A stretch of 47,816 nucleotides of DNA from Enterobacter phage vB_EclS_CobraSix. The stretch lies in sequence record NC_071003.1. One strand, given 5' to 3'. The position numbers were made by a program, and so were the translations under genes. The notes below the pieces were generated by a model. It was not told the DNA's origin. It worked only from the letters and a program-made list of their open reading frames with translations, and did no database searches. Shown here in pieces: positions 37,398 to 46,927 of this stretch (its first letter is position 1; every line of letters begins with the position of its first letter).

Positions 37398-38820
37398 ATT
37401 CATGGCTGTACCACAAAACATCGAAGCAGAGCAGAGCGTTATCGGTGGCCTGCTGCTGGATGATGACAACAGCGAGCGAGTCCAGAAGGTTCTGGCGATG
37501 CTCAAGCCTGAGTCGTTCTACAGCCGACCTCACCAGCTGATCTTTGCCGAGATGCGCCAGATGTTCCGCGACAACAAGCCAGTCGATGGTCTGACACTGT
37601 TCGACGCGCTTGAAGGCAAAGGGCTCGCGGAGCAGGTAGGTGGCTTTGCTTACTTGGCTGAGATCGCCAAGAACACTCCAAGCGCTGCAAACATCGTGGC
37701 ATACGCAGCATCAGTCCGGGAAGCCGCAATGGAGCGCTACGGTATCAACCGCCTGACCGAAGCTACCGAGCTGCTGTATTCCCGTAACGGCATGAGCGCT
37801 ACGCAGAAGTATGAGGCCATTCAGGGTATTTTCACCCAGCTCGCAGACCATTCAAAAACCGGCAGTCGCCGTGGGTTGAGATCGTTTGGCGAGGTTATGG
37901 ATGACTGGGTAGCGGATCTGGAGAAACGGTTTGACCCTTCAGGCGAACAGCGCGGCATGAGTACCGGTATCCCGTCACTTGACCGGCTGCTGGCGCCGAA
38001 AGGTCTGGTTAAAGGCTCTCTGTTCGTGATTGGCGCAAGGCCAAAGATGGGCAAGACAACCCTGTACGGGCAGATGGCGATCAACTGCGCGGTTCGTGAG
38101 AAAAAGCCAGCGCTGATGTTCAGCCTCGAAATGCCTGGCGACCAGATCCTTGAAAAGCTGGTTGGTCAGAAGTCCGGCATTAACCCGAGCATTTTTTACA
38201 TGCCCGCCACGGATGACGCCGATGACCAGTACCAGGGCGACTACGACGGTGACTTTAAGAAGGCGATCGCCACAGCTGGGAGACTGAGTGAAATCGACAT
38301 GCTGTACATCGACGACACTCCTGGCCTGTCACTGGCGCATATCGTTACCGAATGCCGTCGAATTAAGCGCGAGAAAGGCTGCGTAGGCATGATTCTGGTT
38401 GACTACCTGACGCTGATGACCGCCGAAAAAGCCGACCGTAATGACCTGGCCTACGGGATGATCACCAAAGGGTTGAAGAACCTCGCCAAAGAGCTTGGCT
38501 GCGTCGTCGTGCTGCTGACCCAGCTTAACCGCGAACTGGAGAAGCGAGTGAATAAACGCCCGTTACCGAGCGATTCCCGCGACACAGGACAGATTGAGCA
38601 GGACTGCGACTACTGGGTTGGCATCCACCGGGAAGGTGCTTTCGATGACAGCGTGCCGCCGGGCGAAACGGAGTTAATCCTTCGACTCAACCGCCATGGC
38701 AGCACCGGCACGGTTTATTGCAATCAGCTCAACGGTGCAATTTACGACACAGACCAGCAGGCCGCCGCCGCAGAACGCCGCGGGCGCGAGCAGCAGCCGA
38801 AAAAGAAAGGGGGCTTCTGA
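37387..38820 (+). CDS. DnaB-family replicative helicase
   Basis: Walker A GARPKMGKT. Confidence 0.9.
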   Translation: MTAEFMAVPQNIEAEQSVIGGLLLDDDNSERVQKVLAMLKPESFYSRPHQLIFAEMRQMFRDNKPVDGLTLFDALEGKGLAEQVGGFAYLAEIAKNTPSAANIVAYAASVREAAMERYGINRLTEATELLYSRNGMSATQKYEAIQGIFTQLADHSKTGSRRGLRSFGEVMDDWVADLEKRFDPSGEQRGMSTGIPSLDRLLAPKGLVKGSLFVIGARPKMGKTTLYGQMAINCAVREKKPALMFSLEMPGDQILEKLVGQKSGINPSIFYMPATDDADDQYQGDYDGDFKKAIATAGRLSEIDMLYIDDTPGLSLAHIVTECRRIKREKGCVGMILVDYLTLMTAEKADRNDLAYGMITKGLKNLAKELGCVVVLLTQLNRELEKRVNKRPLPSDSRDTGQIEQDCDYWVGIHREGAFDDSVPPGETELILRLNRHGSTGTVYCNQLNGAIYDTDQQAAAAERRGREQQPKKKGGF

Positions 38821-39119
38821 TGAAAGGCAAACAGGCAATTCTGCGTTATCTCGAAACGCACCGGACCTTCACCGCGAAGGATGTGGCCACAGAGTGTGGC
38901 ATGACCATCAACTGCATCACAAAGAACGCTATCGATCTGGAGCGGGCCCGCAAGATTGTCCGGGTGAACAAGGTCTGGCGAACGGTGACTTATCGCCTGG
39001 CGACGCCAGAAGAACAGGATGGCACCGCGCGCAGCTGCACCAACGGAATATTTCAGGAGTGCCGCAACAGTCCGGCGATGAAGCGAGTATTGATGGTTTG
39101 GGGGAGGGTAGGGGTATGA
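38820..39119 (+). CDS. Hypothetical winged-helix protein
   Basis: 99 aa, ATGA-coupled. Confidence 0.4.
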   Translation: MKGKQAILRYLETHRTFTAKDVATECGMTINCITKNAIDLERARKIVRVNKVWRTVTYRLATPEEQDGTARSCTNGIFQECRNSPAMKRVLMVWGRVGV

Positions 39120-39538
39120 AACAGAAATTTATCGAGTGGTTTACCAAGAACAACAACGGCTGCTCGCCAGCGATGGAAGGCGACAGAAGCTTTGTGCGCG
39201 AGAAGACACGGCATATGTTCGAAGCGTACCAGGCAGGCGTGGCAGAAGGTGAAGCCAGATGCGCTGCTCTGGCTGCGGAGAATGCGGGGCTGAAGGCTGA
39301 GCATGAGCTTGCTGTGCAGTACATGGAAGAGTTGCGGGCAAATTTCACTATGTACAAAAAATTCAAATGCCAATCCCAATCGGATGTTGCAACTCCGGCC
39401 ACCGACGCTTTCCTGGCTGAAATGCGGGCGCAGGGTGTGGAGATGTTAACTGCTGATCGCAGATCCGAGTGGATGGATTCGTATATCGACGATGCCAACG
39501 AGTTCGCCGCCCAGCTTCGCAAAGGAGTGCAGTCATGA
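39117..39538 (+). CDS. Hypothetical nin-region protein
   Basis: 140 aa, coupled. Confidence 0.4.
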
Positions 39539-39801
39539 AGCCTGAATTCGAATTTGGTGATTATGCGCTGATTGAGCAAAAGCGCTTTGGTGTTCCAAAC
39601 GAAATGTTTGTCTACAAAGTCGTTAGCCAGATCAGCTCAAACACCTGGGTTGAAGTGCCTGTCACCGTTGGCAAGAAAGAGGAAATTCACTCCGAATCTG
39701 AGCCTGTTTGTCTCTGTATTTGCTGTGGTGTTGATGAAACAGAAGTCAGGCGCTATCGCGTTAAAGACATGCAGCATTATCCACGGGAGGCCGCCCAATG
39801 A
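39535..39801 (+). CDS. Hypothetical protein with CxxC motif
   Basis: 88 aa, CLCICCG. Confidence 0.35.
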   Translation: MKPEFEFGDYALIEQKRFGVPNEMFVYKVVSQISSNTWVEVPVTVGKKEEIHSESEPVCLCICCGVDETEVRRYRVKDMQHYPREAAQ

Positions 39802-40238
39802 GCAACATCGACAAAAGCTCTTTAGCAAAGACGAGAGAGCTGGCCACGCTGATGGTCGAGCGTATCAGCATGAATCCTGTCAGCTGCAAATTGCTGAATG
39901 AGGCATGGAAAAAAGAATTTCCTGACGAAGTGGCTATCGCTGATCGAATGCTGGCGCTGCTGGATGAGCTGGAATCCGAGACATCATATCGTGAAGGTGC
40001 GTTTATCGCATGTAATCGCTGGCATGACAAATTCAGGGAGTCCGAAGCAAAGCTGGAAGCCGCAGAGAAGCGGATTGCTGAGCTGGAGGAGAGGATGGTG
40101 AAACTGCCTGAGCGTTACGAGGTAGACATGTGTCCTACTCCTTCCCCTAACGGGGAGTGGTTTTCTCGCGAAGATGTATTGGCGGCCCTGGTATCTGCTG
40201 ACGTCAGCTACGCCGCTGTCAACGGTAAAGGAGAGTGA
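39798..40238 (+). CDS. Hypothetical nin-region protein
   Basis: 146 aa, coupled. Confidence 0.4.
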   Translation: MSNIDKSSLAKTRELATLMVERISMNPVSCKLLNEAWKKEFPDEVAIADRMLALLDELESETSYREGAFIACNRWHDKFRESEAKLEAAEKRIAELEERMVKLPERYEVDMCPTPSPNGEWFSREDVLAALVSADVSYAAVNGKGE

Positions 40239-40240
40239 GC

Positions 40241-40385
40241 ATGGCTAACATGAAGCAGTTTTGGAAAGAGTGGGGCTATATGAGCCGAGTGACTGGCAAG
40301 CGCCACACGCGAACCTACGTTGGCAAACCTAAATTTCACTATGGTGCCCTGAGTCGCTACCAACAAATTGAATGGCTGGACTAAC
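40241..40385 (+). CDS. Small hypothetical protein
   Basis: 48 aa. Confidence 0.25.
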
Positions 40386-40387
40386 CC

Positions 40388-40876
40388 ATGATCACACTTA
40401 CCAAAGAATGGCTATTGAAGACCATCGCGGAGCTTGAAGAAGAGCGCGATGCGACGCCCGGAGCAGTAAACGAAGACGCGGCCAAGGCGCTTGCTGCGAT
40501 GAGGTTAGCGCTGGCATCGCTCGAAGCGAATGGTGCAATCGCCAATGAAGGCACCATAACAGCCACGCAGTTTAAGCCGGTAGCAGACCTCTACGAGGTA
40601 ACCGTACCTAGCGGCAGGTCGACAACTTTCACAAAGGATGCTGCTGAGGCATCGGACTGTAGAGTAATGGGATGGTCTGTGCAGGAATATGTCAAACTTG
40701 AGCGCTATCAGGCCGCAATGCTTCAGGGTGCGGATGGCAACTCTCCGGTGATTCCGGATGGCTACGTACTGGTGCCAGAAGAACCCACCCATGAAATGCT
40801 TGAGGCTGGTGATGAACAATTCGGAACTTACGATGTGTATCGCCGGATGATAGCAGCATCACCGCAGCAGAAGTGA
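40388..40876 (+). CDS. Hypothetical nin-region protein
   Basis: 162 aa. Confidence 0.4.
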   Translation: MITLTKEWLLKTIAELEEERDATPGAVNEDAAKALAAMRLALASLEANGAIANEGTITATQFKPVADLYEVTVPSGRSTTFTKDAAEASDCRVMGWSVQEYVKLERYQAAMLQGADGNSPVIPDGYVLVPEEPTHEMLEAGDEQFGTYDVYRRMIAASPQQK

Positions 40877-40909
40877 TCTATAATCCCCTCAAATAACCGA
40901 GGGGGTTTT

Positions 40910-41092
40910 ATGTCTAACGAAGAAATGACTCCAGCAGAAAAATATAAAGCTTCAATGAAAAGACATAAAAAGTTCTGGAGGAAATCACAAATTGCAAATG
41001 CGAAACGGTTTGATGCTGGAGAGGTTGAATCTGTTGATGGTTTTAGATCTCCTTATGAGACCAGAAAGAAGAGAGGGAGGACTGCTGACTGA
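40910..41092 (+). CDS. Small basic hypothetical protein
   Basis: 60 aa. Confidence 0.3.
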   Translation: MSNEEMTPAEKYKASMKRHKKFWRKSQIANAKRFDAGEVESVDGFRSPYETRKKRGRTAD

Positions 41093-41334
41093 TGTCTGAC
41101 TGGAACATTGCTGCAAAGCCGCAGGAAGATCGCGATAAGGTTAACGTTGACCTGGCAGCCTCCGGAGTGGCGTACAAAGAGCGCTTGAACATGCCCGTTA
41201 TCCCCGAGGCGGTGATGCGCGAGCAGCCCGAGCATTTGCGTGATTATTTCCTTGAGCGCCTTAAGTTTTATCGTGAGAAGTCGATAACTTTGCCGAAAGG
41301 TAGCGATCCGGTTTACCTGAAACAGGATGACTAA
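41092..41334 (+). CDS. Hypothetical protein
   Basis: 80 aa, coupled. Confidence 0.35.
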   Translation: MSDWNIAAKPQEDRDKVNVDLAASGVAYKERLNMPVIPEAVMREQPEHLRDYFLERLKFYREKSITLPKGSDPVYLKQDD

Positions 41335-41336
41335 AA

Positions 41337-41558
41337 ATGAAAGTTGCATTACTAAAGAACCCAAAAATCGTTATGGAAGCAATATTCACTGACGGATCGC
41401 CGGAAATGTTAGTTTTCCTTAAAGACTCAGTCACGGAAGTCATTTTTGACGGCGCCGCTGATGATGAGCTGTTCGAGTTCATTTTCGATGAGAGAACAGC
41501 CAAAGGATTTTATTTCCATGATTTTGACGGAGAAAAATATACTTTCCTCGGAGAATAA
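41337..41558 (+). CDS. Hypothetical protein
   Basis: 73 aa. Confidence 0.35.
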   Translation: MKVALLKNPKIVMEAIFTDGSPEMLVFLKDSVTEVIFDGAADDELFEFIFDERTAKGFYFHDFDGEKYTFLGE

Positions 41559-41742
41559 TCAGACTTTGATTTTCTGGAATCAAGCAGCCATAATCATGTC
41601 ATCGGAGCCTGAACAACTTCGATGACTTCTGCGCATTTAAGGGGACTTAAATGCGACCACAATCTGAACTCCTCACCTTGTCACAGATGCAGAAATGCAC
41701 CTGCGATTTTCTGCATTCTGCGGTTTCCGTTAAGGAGGCCGT

Positions 41743-42198
41743 ATGACTCTGCCCGTAGACGGCATCAAACTCCATCGCGGTAACTTCGCGGCCATAGGCC
41801 AGCAGATTCAGCCATTGTTGGATGCAGGGCAATGCTTCCGCCTTCAGGTTAAGCCATGGCGCGAGAAGCGCAGCCTGTCGCAGAACGCGCTCAGCCACAT
41901 GTGGTACACGGAAATTAGCGAGTACCTGATCGCGCGCGGCAAGACCTTCGCTACGCCTGAGTGGGTCAAAGACGCGATGAAGCACACCTATCTCGGCTAC
42001 GAAAGCAAGGACCGTGTAGACGTCGTGTCTGGCGAGGTCACCACCGTCCAATCTCTACGTCATACGTCAGAGCTGGAAACGGGCGAGATGTACATTTTCC
42101 TGTGCAAAGTCGAAGCCTGGGCGATGAATATCGGCTGCCACCTGACCATCCCGCAGAGCTGCGAGTACCAGCAGCTGCGCGATAAGCAGGAGGCCTGA
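41743..42198 (+). CDS. ninB: NinB/Orf-family recombination mediator
   Basis: SLSQNALSHMWYTEIS is similar to the lambda NinB core. Confidence 0.65.
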   Translation: MTLPVDGIKLHRGNFAAIGQQIQPLLDAGQCFRLQVKPWREKRSLSQNALSHMWYTEISEYLIARGKTFATPEWVKDAMKHTYLGYESKDRVDVVSGEVTTVQSLRHTSELETGEMYIFLCKVEAWAMNIGCHLTIPQSCEYQQLRDKQEA

Positions 42199-42368
42199 TG
42201 TCTACTCCACTTTCCCGCGTCATCACCAACGAAATCTTCCGCGTTCCGGCGCGCCGCAAGCGTAAGCCCGCGGTTAAGCCGTCCGACATCCCGACCTTGA
42301 AAGGCTACACCGCCCGCCCGGTGGATCAGAAATGGCTGCGTCTCGCGGCGAGGAGAGGTCATGCGTAA
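42198..42368 (+). CDS. Small hypothetical protein
   Basis: 56 aa, coupled. Confidence 0.25.
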   Translation: MSTPLSRVITNEIFRVPARRKRKPAVKPSDIPTLKGYTARPVDQKWLRLAARRGHA

Positions 42369-42972
42369 ACCATCCCGCCGTAAGTGCAAAGTATGCGGTG
42401 AATACTTCGTGCCCAAATTCCACGACATCCGGATCCGCTGGTGCTGCCCGGAGCACGGCACAATCCTCGCGATGGAAGAACGAGAAAAGGAGAAGGTGAA
42501 AGCCGCAGCTAAGCGCATCAAGGAGCAGAAAGAGGCAGAGAAGGCCGGGCGCCAGCGCCGCGCAGAACTCCGTAATGAGCTGAAGCCAATCCGCCACTGG
42601 GTGCAGATGACTCAGCGAGCTTTCAACGACTGGCGGCGTGAAATGCTGCTGGCCGCCGGGCACGGCTGCATCTCATGCGGCACTAAGAGCGCTTTTGTAT
42701 GGCATGCCGGACATTACCGCACCACAGCGGCTGCACCTCAGCTGCGCTTCAACCCAGATAATTTGTGGTTACAGTGTCCAGTCTGCAACGTTCATAAATC
42801 AGGGAATATCGAGGCCTATCGTGCAGCCTTGGTCGAGCTGATCGGTGAAGAACGCGTACTGGCCCTCGAATCAAACAACGAAAACCACCGATATACCCGC
42901 GAAGAACTGGACGGCATCCGCGCCAAAGCCAGGGCAGATCTTCGCGCTCTAAAACAGCAGGAGGCAGCATGA
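42361..42972 (+). CDS. ninG: NinG/Rap recombination protein
   Basis: CISCGT...WHAGHYRTTAAAPQLRFNPDNLWLQCPVCNVHKSGN closely matches lambda NinG. Confidence 0.8.
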   Translation: MRKPSRRKCKVCGEYFVPKFHDIRIRWCCPEHGTILAMEEREKEKVKAAAKRIKEQKEAEKAGRQRRAELRNELKPIRHWVQMTQRAFNDWRREMLLAAGHGCISCGTKSAFVWHAGHYRTTAAAPQLRFNPDNLWLQCPVCNVHKSGNIEAYRAALVELIGEERVLALESNNENHRYTREELDGIRAKARADLRALKQQEAA

Positions 42973-43109
42973 AACCAGAAACGCTTGAGATACTCCGCAC
43001 GCGCTGGCAGCGCCTCCGGATTTACCGCCGCCCGGGTTCCGTGCTGGTGGATTACCGCATTCTCCGTAACTTCGTTCGCATCTATCACCCAGCAGGAGCC
43101 GCACAATGA
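42969..43109 (+). CDS. Small NinH-like protein
   Basis: 46 aa between ninG and Q. Confidence 0.3.
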   Translation: MKPETLEILRTRWQRLRIYRRPGSVLVDYRILRNFVRIYHPAGAAQ

Positions 43110-43795
43110 ACAGTCAGCAACTGGAATACGTACGTCAGCAGCTCATTGTGGCGACCGCAGATCTGAGCGGTGCGACGAAAGGGCAACTGGTAGCTTTCGC
43201 CGAAAATGCGCAGTTCACAGCGACGGCGCGCAGCCGGGGCCGGAAGAAAATCACCGACCCGGTCACCGGCCGGAAGGTTAACCCCGACGGCCCGGCGATG
43301 AGTGGCAGCCAGTCCCGCGCCAAAGGATCATCCATCGCGCTGGTTGGGCCGGTGGAGTTCTTGACCGCTTCCTGGCGTCGCGCCGTGCTGTCTCTGGAAG
43401 ACCACCAGAAAGCTTGGCTGCTGTGGAACTACAGCGAAAACGTTAGTTTTGAGCACCAGGTGGCGATCACTCAGTGGGCTTGGGCAGAGTTCCGGGAACA
43501 ACTCGGTGCGAAGAAAGTAGCCGGCAAGACGATGGAGCGCCTGAAGAAGCTGATATGGCTGGCGGCTCAGGACGCGAAAGCGGAGCTGGCGGGTAAGGAT
43601 GTGTATCAGCATCAGGACTTGGCGGCCCTGTGTGGCGTTAAGCCTGATAACTGGTGCCATAACTATGCCGACTACTGGAGGGCCATGCGTGCTATCTTTA
43701 AGCGGCTTGATGGTGATTCTCTTCTTTGCGCCGTGAGAACACGATCACAACAAAAGGCGACTTTTTCGAAGCAGGGTGTTGCAAAAGTCAATTAA
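43106..43795 (+). CDS. Late antiterminator Q
   Basis: 229 aa, located after the nin genes and followed by a promoter-like region and a terminator (PR'/tR' arrangement). Confidence 0.6.
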   Translation: MNSQQLEYVRQQLIVATADLSGATKGQLVAFAENAQFTATARSRGRKKITDPVTGRKVNPDGPAMSGSQSRAKGSSIALVGPVEFLTASWRRAVLSLEDHQKAWLLWNYSENVSFEHQVAITQWAWAEFREQLGAKKVAGKTMERLKKLIWLAAQDAKAELAGKDVYQHQDLAALCGVKPDNWCHNYADYWRAMRAIFKRLDGDSLLCAVRTRSQQKATFSKQGVAKVN

Positions 43796-43861
43796 ATAGC
43801 ATACATTTCATGTAAATCTGATATCGTCGCTATAGCTTCGTAGGTCGACAAAGAATTAAGA

Positions 43862-43892
43862 GCCTCGCCACCGTGCGGGGCTTTGTTTTTTG
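43862..43892 (+). terminator. tR'-like terminator
   Basis: GCCTCGCC-loop-GCGGGGC + TTTGTTTTTTGT. Related hairpin at 46126-46152. Confidence 0.5.
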
Positions 43893-43984
43893 TGCTTTAT
43901 GTAAACCAAGTGGTCTTTAAAAGTTAATAATCTTTTTTTACTTATGTAAAATATGGCCTCCAGTGAAAACAGAGAGGCCTCATC

Positions 43985-44227
43985 ATGAAGAACTTCCAGC
44001 TTTATGTTGGCGGCACTAACAACATCACCTATCGTTACGAAATCAGAAAGGTGGATGATGCTTTTAGTGTTCGAATATTCAACGTCAAAAACAAGTTGCA
44101 CAAAGAGGTCGGTTGTAAGTCGCTTCGCTTTGTGTCAGCTCATGATGTCATTGATGAGTGCACATCGCATTACAGGAGACACGCTCAAGGCTTCAAAGGC
44201 TTTATACGTGGACTTATTATGCGGTGA
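43985..44227 (+). CDS. Hypothetical protein (AT-rich moron)
   Basis: 80 aa, followed by a family-A terminator. Confidence 0.4.
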   Translation: MKNFQLYVGGTNNITYRYEIRKVDDAFSVRIFNVKNKLHKEVGCKSLRFVSAHDVIDECTSHYRRHAQGFKGFIRGLIMR

Positions 44228-44246
44228 AGGTGAAAATCAACAAACA

Positions 44247-44270
44247 GGTCGCTCAGGCGGCCTTTTTTAT
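44247..44270 (+). terminator. Rho-independent terminator (family A copy)
   Basis: GGTCGCTCAGGCGGCC + TTTTTTATT. Confidence 0.55.
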
Positions 44271-44345
44271 TGCCTGTAGCTCAGAGGAAAGAGCAACCGC
44301 CTTCTAAGCGGTTGGTCGCTGGTTCGAATCCAGCCAGGCGAGCCA
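44270..44345 (+). tRNA. tRNA-Arg (anticodon UCU)
   Basis: Manually folded cloverleaf: acceptor TTGCCTG/CAGGCGA, D arm GCTC-AGAGGAAA-GAGC, anticodon arm ACCGC-CTTCTAA-GCGGT, T arm GCTGG-TTCGAAT-CCAGC, and an encoded CCA. Confidence 0.8.
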
Positions 44346-44781
44346 TCAGCAAAACAAGTCGTCATCGCGGCGGCTTTATCTTGCATCAGGTGCATAACTG
44401 AATTCGCGAATACGTTATGCCGTCCGCTCCACGAAACGGAGTGCACAACAGGAAAGAGCATTTGTAGGGTTCGACTCCCTGCCGTGGGGTTGCGCCACAT
44501 GATGCGAGTCATGAGTGCTCTGTCCGTTGTGGTGAATGTCCTGATGGCGTCGTAAAGCGATAGCCGTGAATGCCGGATAGCAGCGCCGGCCACCACAAAC
44601 CAAACCCACTACCTGGGACCCTTCGGCCAGAGAGCCGACATTGCCTTACCCTCATCTTCCTGGCTTGTCGCCAGGTTTTTTATTCCAGGCCGCAGACAAT
44701 CAATTCCAGATGCCACGTAGCTAACGTGTCTGACGGCCTTTCCCCTACTACCACACAGCACCCCGGAACCGGAGGTGTGGA

Positions 44782-45102
44782 ATGCAACGTATGAACCCAA
44801 CAGATGGACACAATCTGCCTTACTGGTGGTCAACTCTTCTGGGGTTATTTTCCGTTCTCAGTTTACAGGACTACGTCTTTATTCTCGGCGCGCTGGTCTC
44901 TGCATACTTCACGATTAAGACCTATTACGCGAAACGGAAAGAAGAGCGTGAACGGCTGGAAGAAGAAAAGAAACGTACACAGTTACTGGCTAAATACCTT
45001 GCTGAGGTAAGCGAGAAACCCCACTCCGAACGTCCGGCATCTGCCGAGGTTGTAACGGAGGCAATGCGGAGAATGTCCAGTGGCGAACTTGAAGCTGAGT
45101 AA
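44782..45102 (+). CDS. Class II (pinholin-like) holin with dual start
   Basis: Two TMs (YWWSTLLGLFSVLSL; YVFILGALVSAYFTI), an MQRM dual-start motif, and SD GGAGGTG. Overlaps the endolysin start. Confidence 0.55.
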   Translation: MQRMNPTDGHNLPYWWSTLLGLFSVLSLQDYVFILGALVSAYFTIKTYYAKRKEERERLEEEKKRTQLLAKYLAEVSEKPHSERPASAEVVTEAMRRMSSGELEAE

Positions 45103-45610
45103 GAAGAGTGGCGCGGCCGGGATCGTTTGTTCAGTGGCTACAATTATCGCAATCGTGATGAATGCGGGCCATGTCAGGACTAACGAGCGCGGGCTGGAGT
45201 TAATCGGCAACGCTGAATCTTGCCGACGAGATCCATATGTCTGCCCGGCCGGTGTGCTGACTGACGGTATGGGGAACACGCATGGCGTGAAGCTTGGCAC
45301 CGTTAAGTCTGACCAGCAGATAGCAGCCGAATGGGAGCGCAACATCCTTGATGCTGAGTCCTGCGTTAACCGTTACGGGAATGGCAGAAAGCTATCTGAC
45401 GATACTTTCTCAGCAGCTGTATCGGTAACGTTTCGTGCTGGCTGTGGGAACATGCGCACCTCCACGATGTTCTCTCTTCTCAGAAGTGGAGACATCACGG
45501 CGGCATGCAACCAGTTCCCTCGCTGGGTATGGGGAGGCGGCAAGGTTCTGCCTGGTCTGGTAACTCGAGCAGGGAAAGAAAAGGCGCTCTGCCTGGAAGG
45601 TGTAAAATGA
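45080..45610 (+). CDS. SAR endolysin (GH24 phage lysozyme, P21 R-like)
   Basis: N-terminal SAR domain [19 protein letters not shown], and a catalytic region similar to R21 (...NFRTSTM.....GD...AC.Q...W...GGK...GL..R...E...CL). Confidence 0.85.
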   Translation: MANLKLSKKSGAAGIVCSVATIIAIVMNAGHVRTNERGLELIGNAESCRRDPYVCPAGVLTDGMGNTHGVKLGTVKSDQQIAAEWERNILDAESCVNRYGNGRKLSDDTFSAAVSVTFRAGCGNMRTSTMFSLLRSGDITAACNQFPRWVWGGGKVLPGLVTRAGKEKALCLEGVK

Positions 45611-45984
45611 GCCGGTTAACAGCAATCATCTGTGCTTTCGTTATCTGTCTGCTGGTCTCCATGGCCTGGATGATTAACCATTACCGCGACAACGCCATCA
45701 CCTACAAGGACCAGCGCGACAAGGCGACGGTCCGGGCAAACACATCAGAGGCGATCACCAACAACGTGATCACCACGATGAACATCATCCGTGACATCTC
45801 ACAGGCTACCCAGAATGCAAAGAACGAACTGGCCAAAAAAGGCGAGACGCGCATTGTCTACATCAGGCAGGCGCTTGAAGGCGATCCGTGCGCTAACCAG
45901 CTTGTTCCTTCTGCCGCTGCTGACAGCCTGCGGGAATACGCAGACAGTTTACGTTCCGGCCCCAGCGGTGCCGATAAGCGCTGA
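45607..45984 (+). CDS. Rz i-spanin
   Basis: N-terminal [20 protein letters not shown] with a coiled-coil periplasmic domain. Confidence 0.7.
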   Translation: MSRLTAIICAFVICLLVSMAWMINHYRDNAITYKDQRDKATVRANTSEAITNNVITTMNIIRDISQATQNAKNELAKKGETRIVYIRQALEGDPCANQLVPSAAADSLREYADSLRSGPSGADKR

Positions 45985-46138
45985 CCTGACCGCAGACACA
46001 CCGATCCCCGGAATGGTGGTTCCGTTCACATGGCAGGCAAGTCTCGAGTTAAACGCTCAGCTCTACACGGCGCTGGGGCAGTGCAATCTGGATAAGGCAG
46101 CAATCAGGAAAATCGAATCATCAAGAGCCTCGCAATAG
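45875..46138 (+). CDS. Rz1 o-spanin (lipoprotein, +1 frame)
   Basis: TTG start giving (M)[18 protein letters not shown] (lipobox LTAC) and a Pro-rich mature part. Extends past the Rz stop. Confidence 0.5.
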   Translation: MKAIRALTSLFLLPLLTACGNTQTVYVPAPAVPISADLTADTPIPGMVVPFTWQASLELNAQLYTALGQCNLDKAAIRKIESSRASQ

Positions 46139-46152
46139 CGGGGCTTTTTTAT
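46126..46152 (+). terminator. Late-operon terminator
   Basis: GCCTCGC-AATA-GCGGGGC + TTTTTTAT. Confidence 0.55.
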
Positions 46153-46280
46153 GCGCATCTCACGCGCACATCAACGAGAGCCTTTCAGTAAGCGAGCCTG
46201 AGAAATGCCGTTATAGGTGGCGACCTCTCTCGGGCGGCTTTTCTGTGAGACAGGCTCACTTTCTAAAAGGTAAAGACGCT

Positions 46281-46799
46281 ATGAATCATCAATTGGCTAA
46301 TCTCGATTTCCGGGACATGGTGGCTGTTTCTGGTGATCGCGTGATCACAACCTCCCGCAAGGTGGCGGCTTACTTCGACAAGCAGCATCACCACATCATT
46401 CAGAAAATCGAAAAGCTAGACTGTTCGGATGAATTTCTAACCAGCAACTTTTCGCGGGTTACCTATGAACACAAGGGTAATCAGTATGTTGAATATGAAA
46501 TCTCCAAAGACGGCGCGATGTACATCATTATGTCGTTTACCGGCAAAAAAGCTGCCGCCATCAAAGAGGCGTTTATCAAAGCATTTAATTGGATGCGTGA
46601 CAGGCTGATGGAGCTGGCTCACTCATACCAAAGAGAGCACAACGAGTTAATGCTGGAGTTCATGAAGGAAAAGGATGTTGCCAGTATGTCAGGCCGCTTG
46701 CTGAACCGCTGGGGCAGAGTGAAGAAGCCACAGCTCATAGCAAGAATCGAAAGACTTGAGCAACAGGCACAGATAACGATCCCTGGCTTGCCAAAGTGA
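46281..46799 (+). CDS. Rha-family phage regulatory protein
   Basis: N-terminal VITTSRKVAAYFDKQHHHIIQKIEKL, typical of Rha/Bro-N-like regulators. Confidence 0.6.
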   Translation: MNHQLANLDFRDMVAVSGDRVITTSRKVAAYFDKQHHHIIQKIEKLDCSDEFLTSNFSRVTYEHKGNQYVEYEISKDGAMYIIMSFTGKKAAAIKEAFIKAFNWMRDRLMELAHSYQREHNELMLEFMKEKDVASMSGRLLNRWGRVKKPQLIARIERLEQQAQITIPGLPK

Positions 46800-46927
46800 C
46801 CATTACAAAGCTCATCTGCTGGTGGGCTTGATAATGGAAAAACAGTGATGCCTATAAGTTTTGGTAATTAGAAAAAACCTCAGATAAGTGCTAAAAATTT
46901 GCCCAGTAAACAATGATGAGATGAAGA

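Noticed and set aside
38696-39538. 280-aa plus-strand ORF and 216-aa minus-strand ORF (38929-39579) in the nin region
   Set aside because: Arg/Ala-rich translations of the high-GC alternate frame. They overlap three well-coupled small genes with proper starts in another frame.
44440-44500. Second tRNA suggested by a GGTTCGACTCC T-loop motif
   Set aside because: No matching 7-bp acceptor stem or CCA could be formed by manual folding. Kept only as part of the structured noncoding finding.
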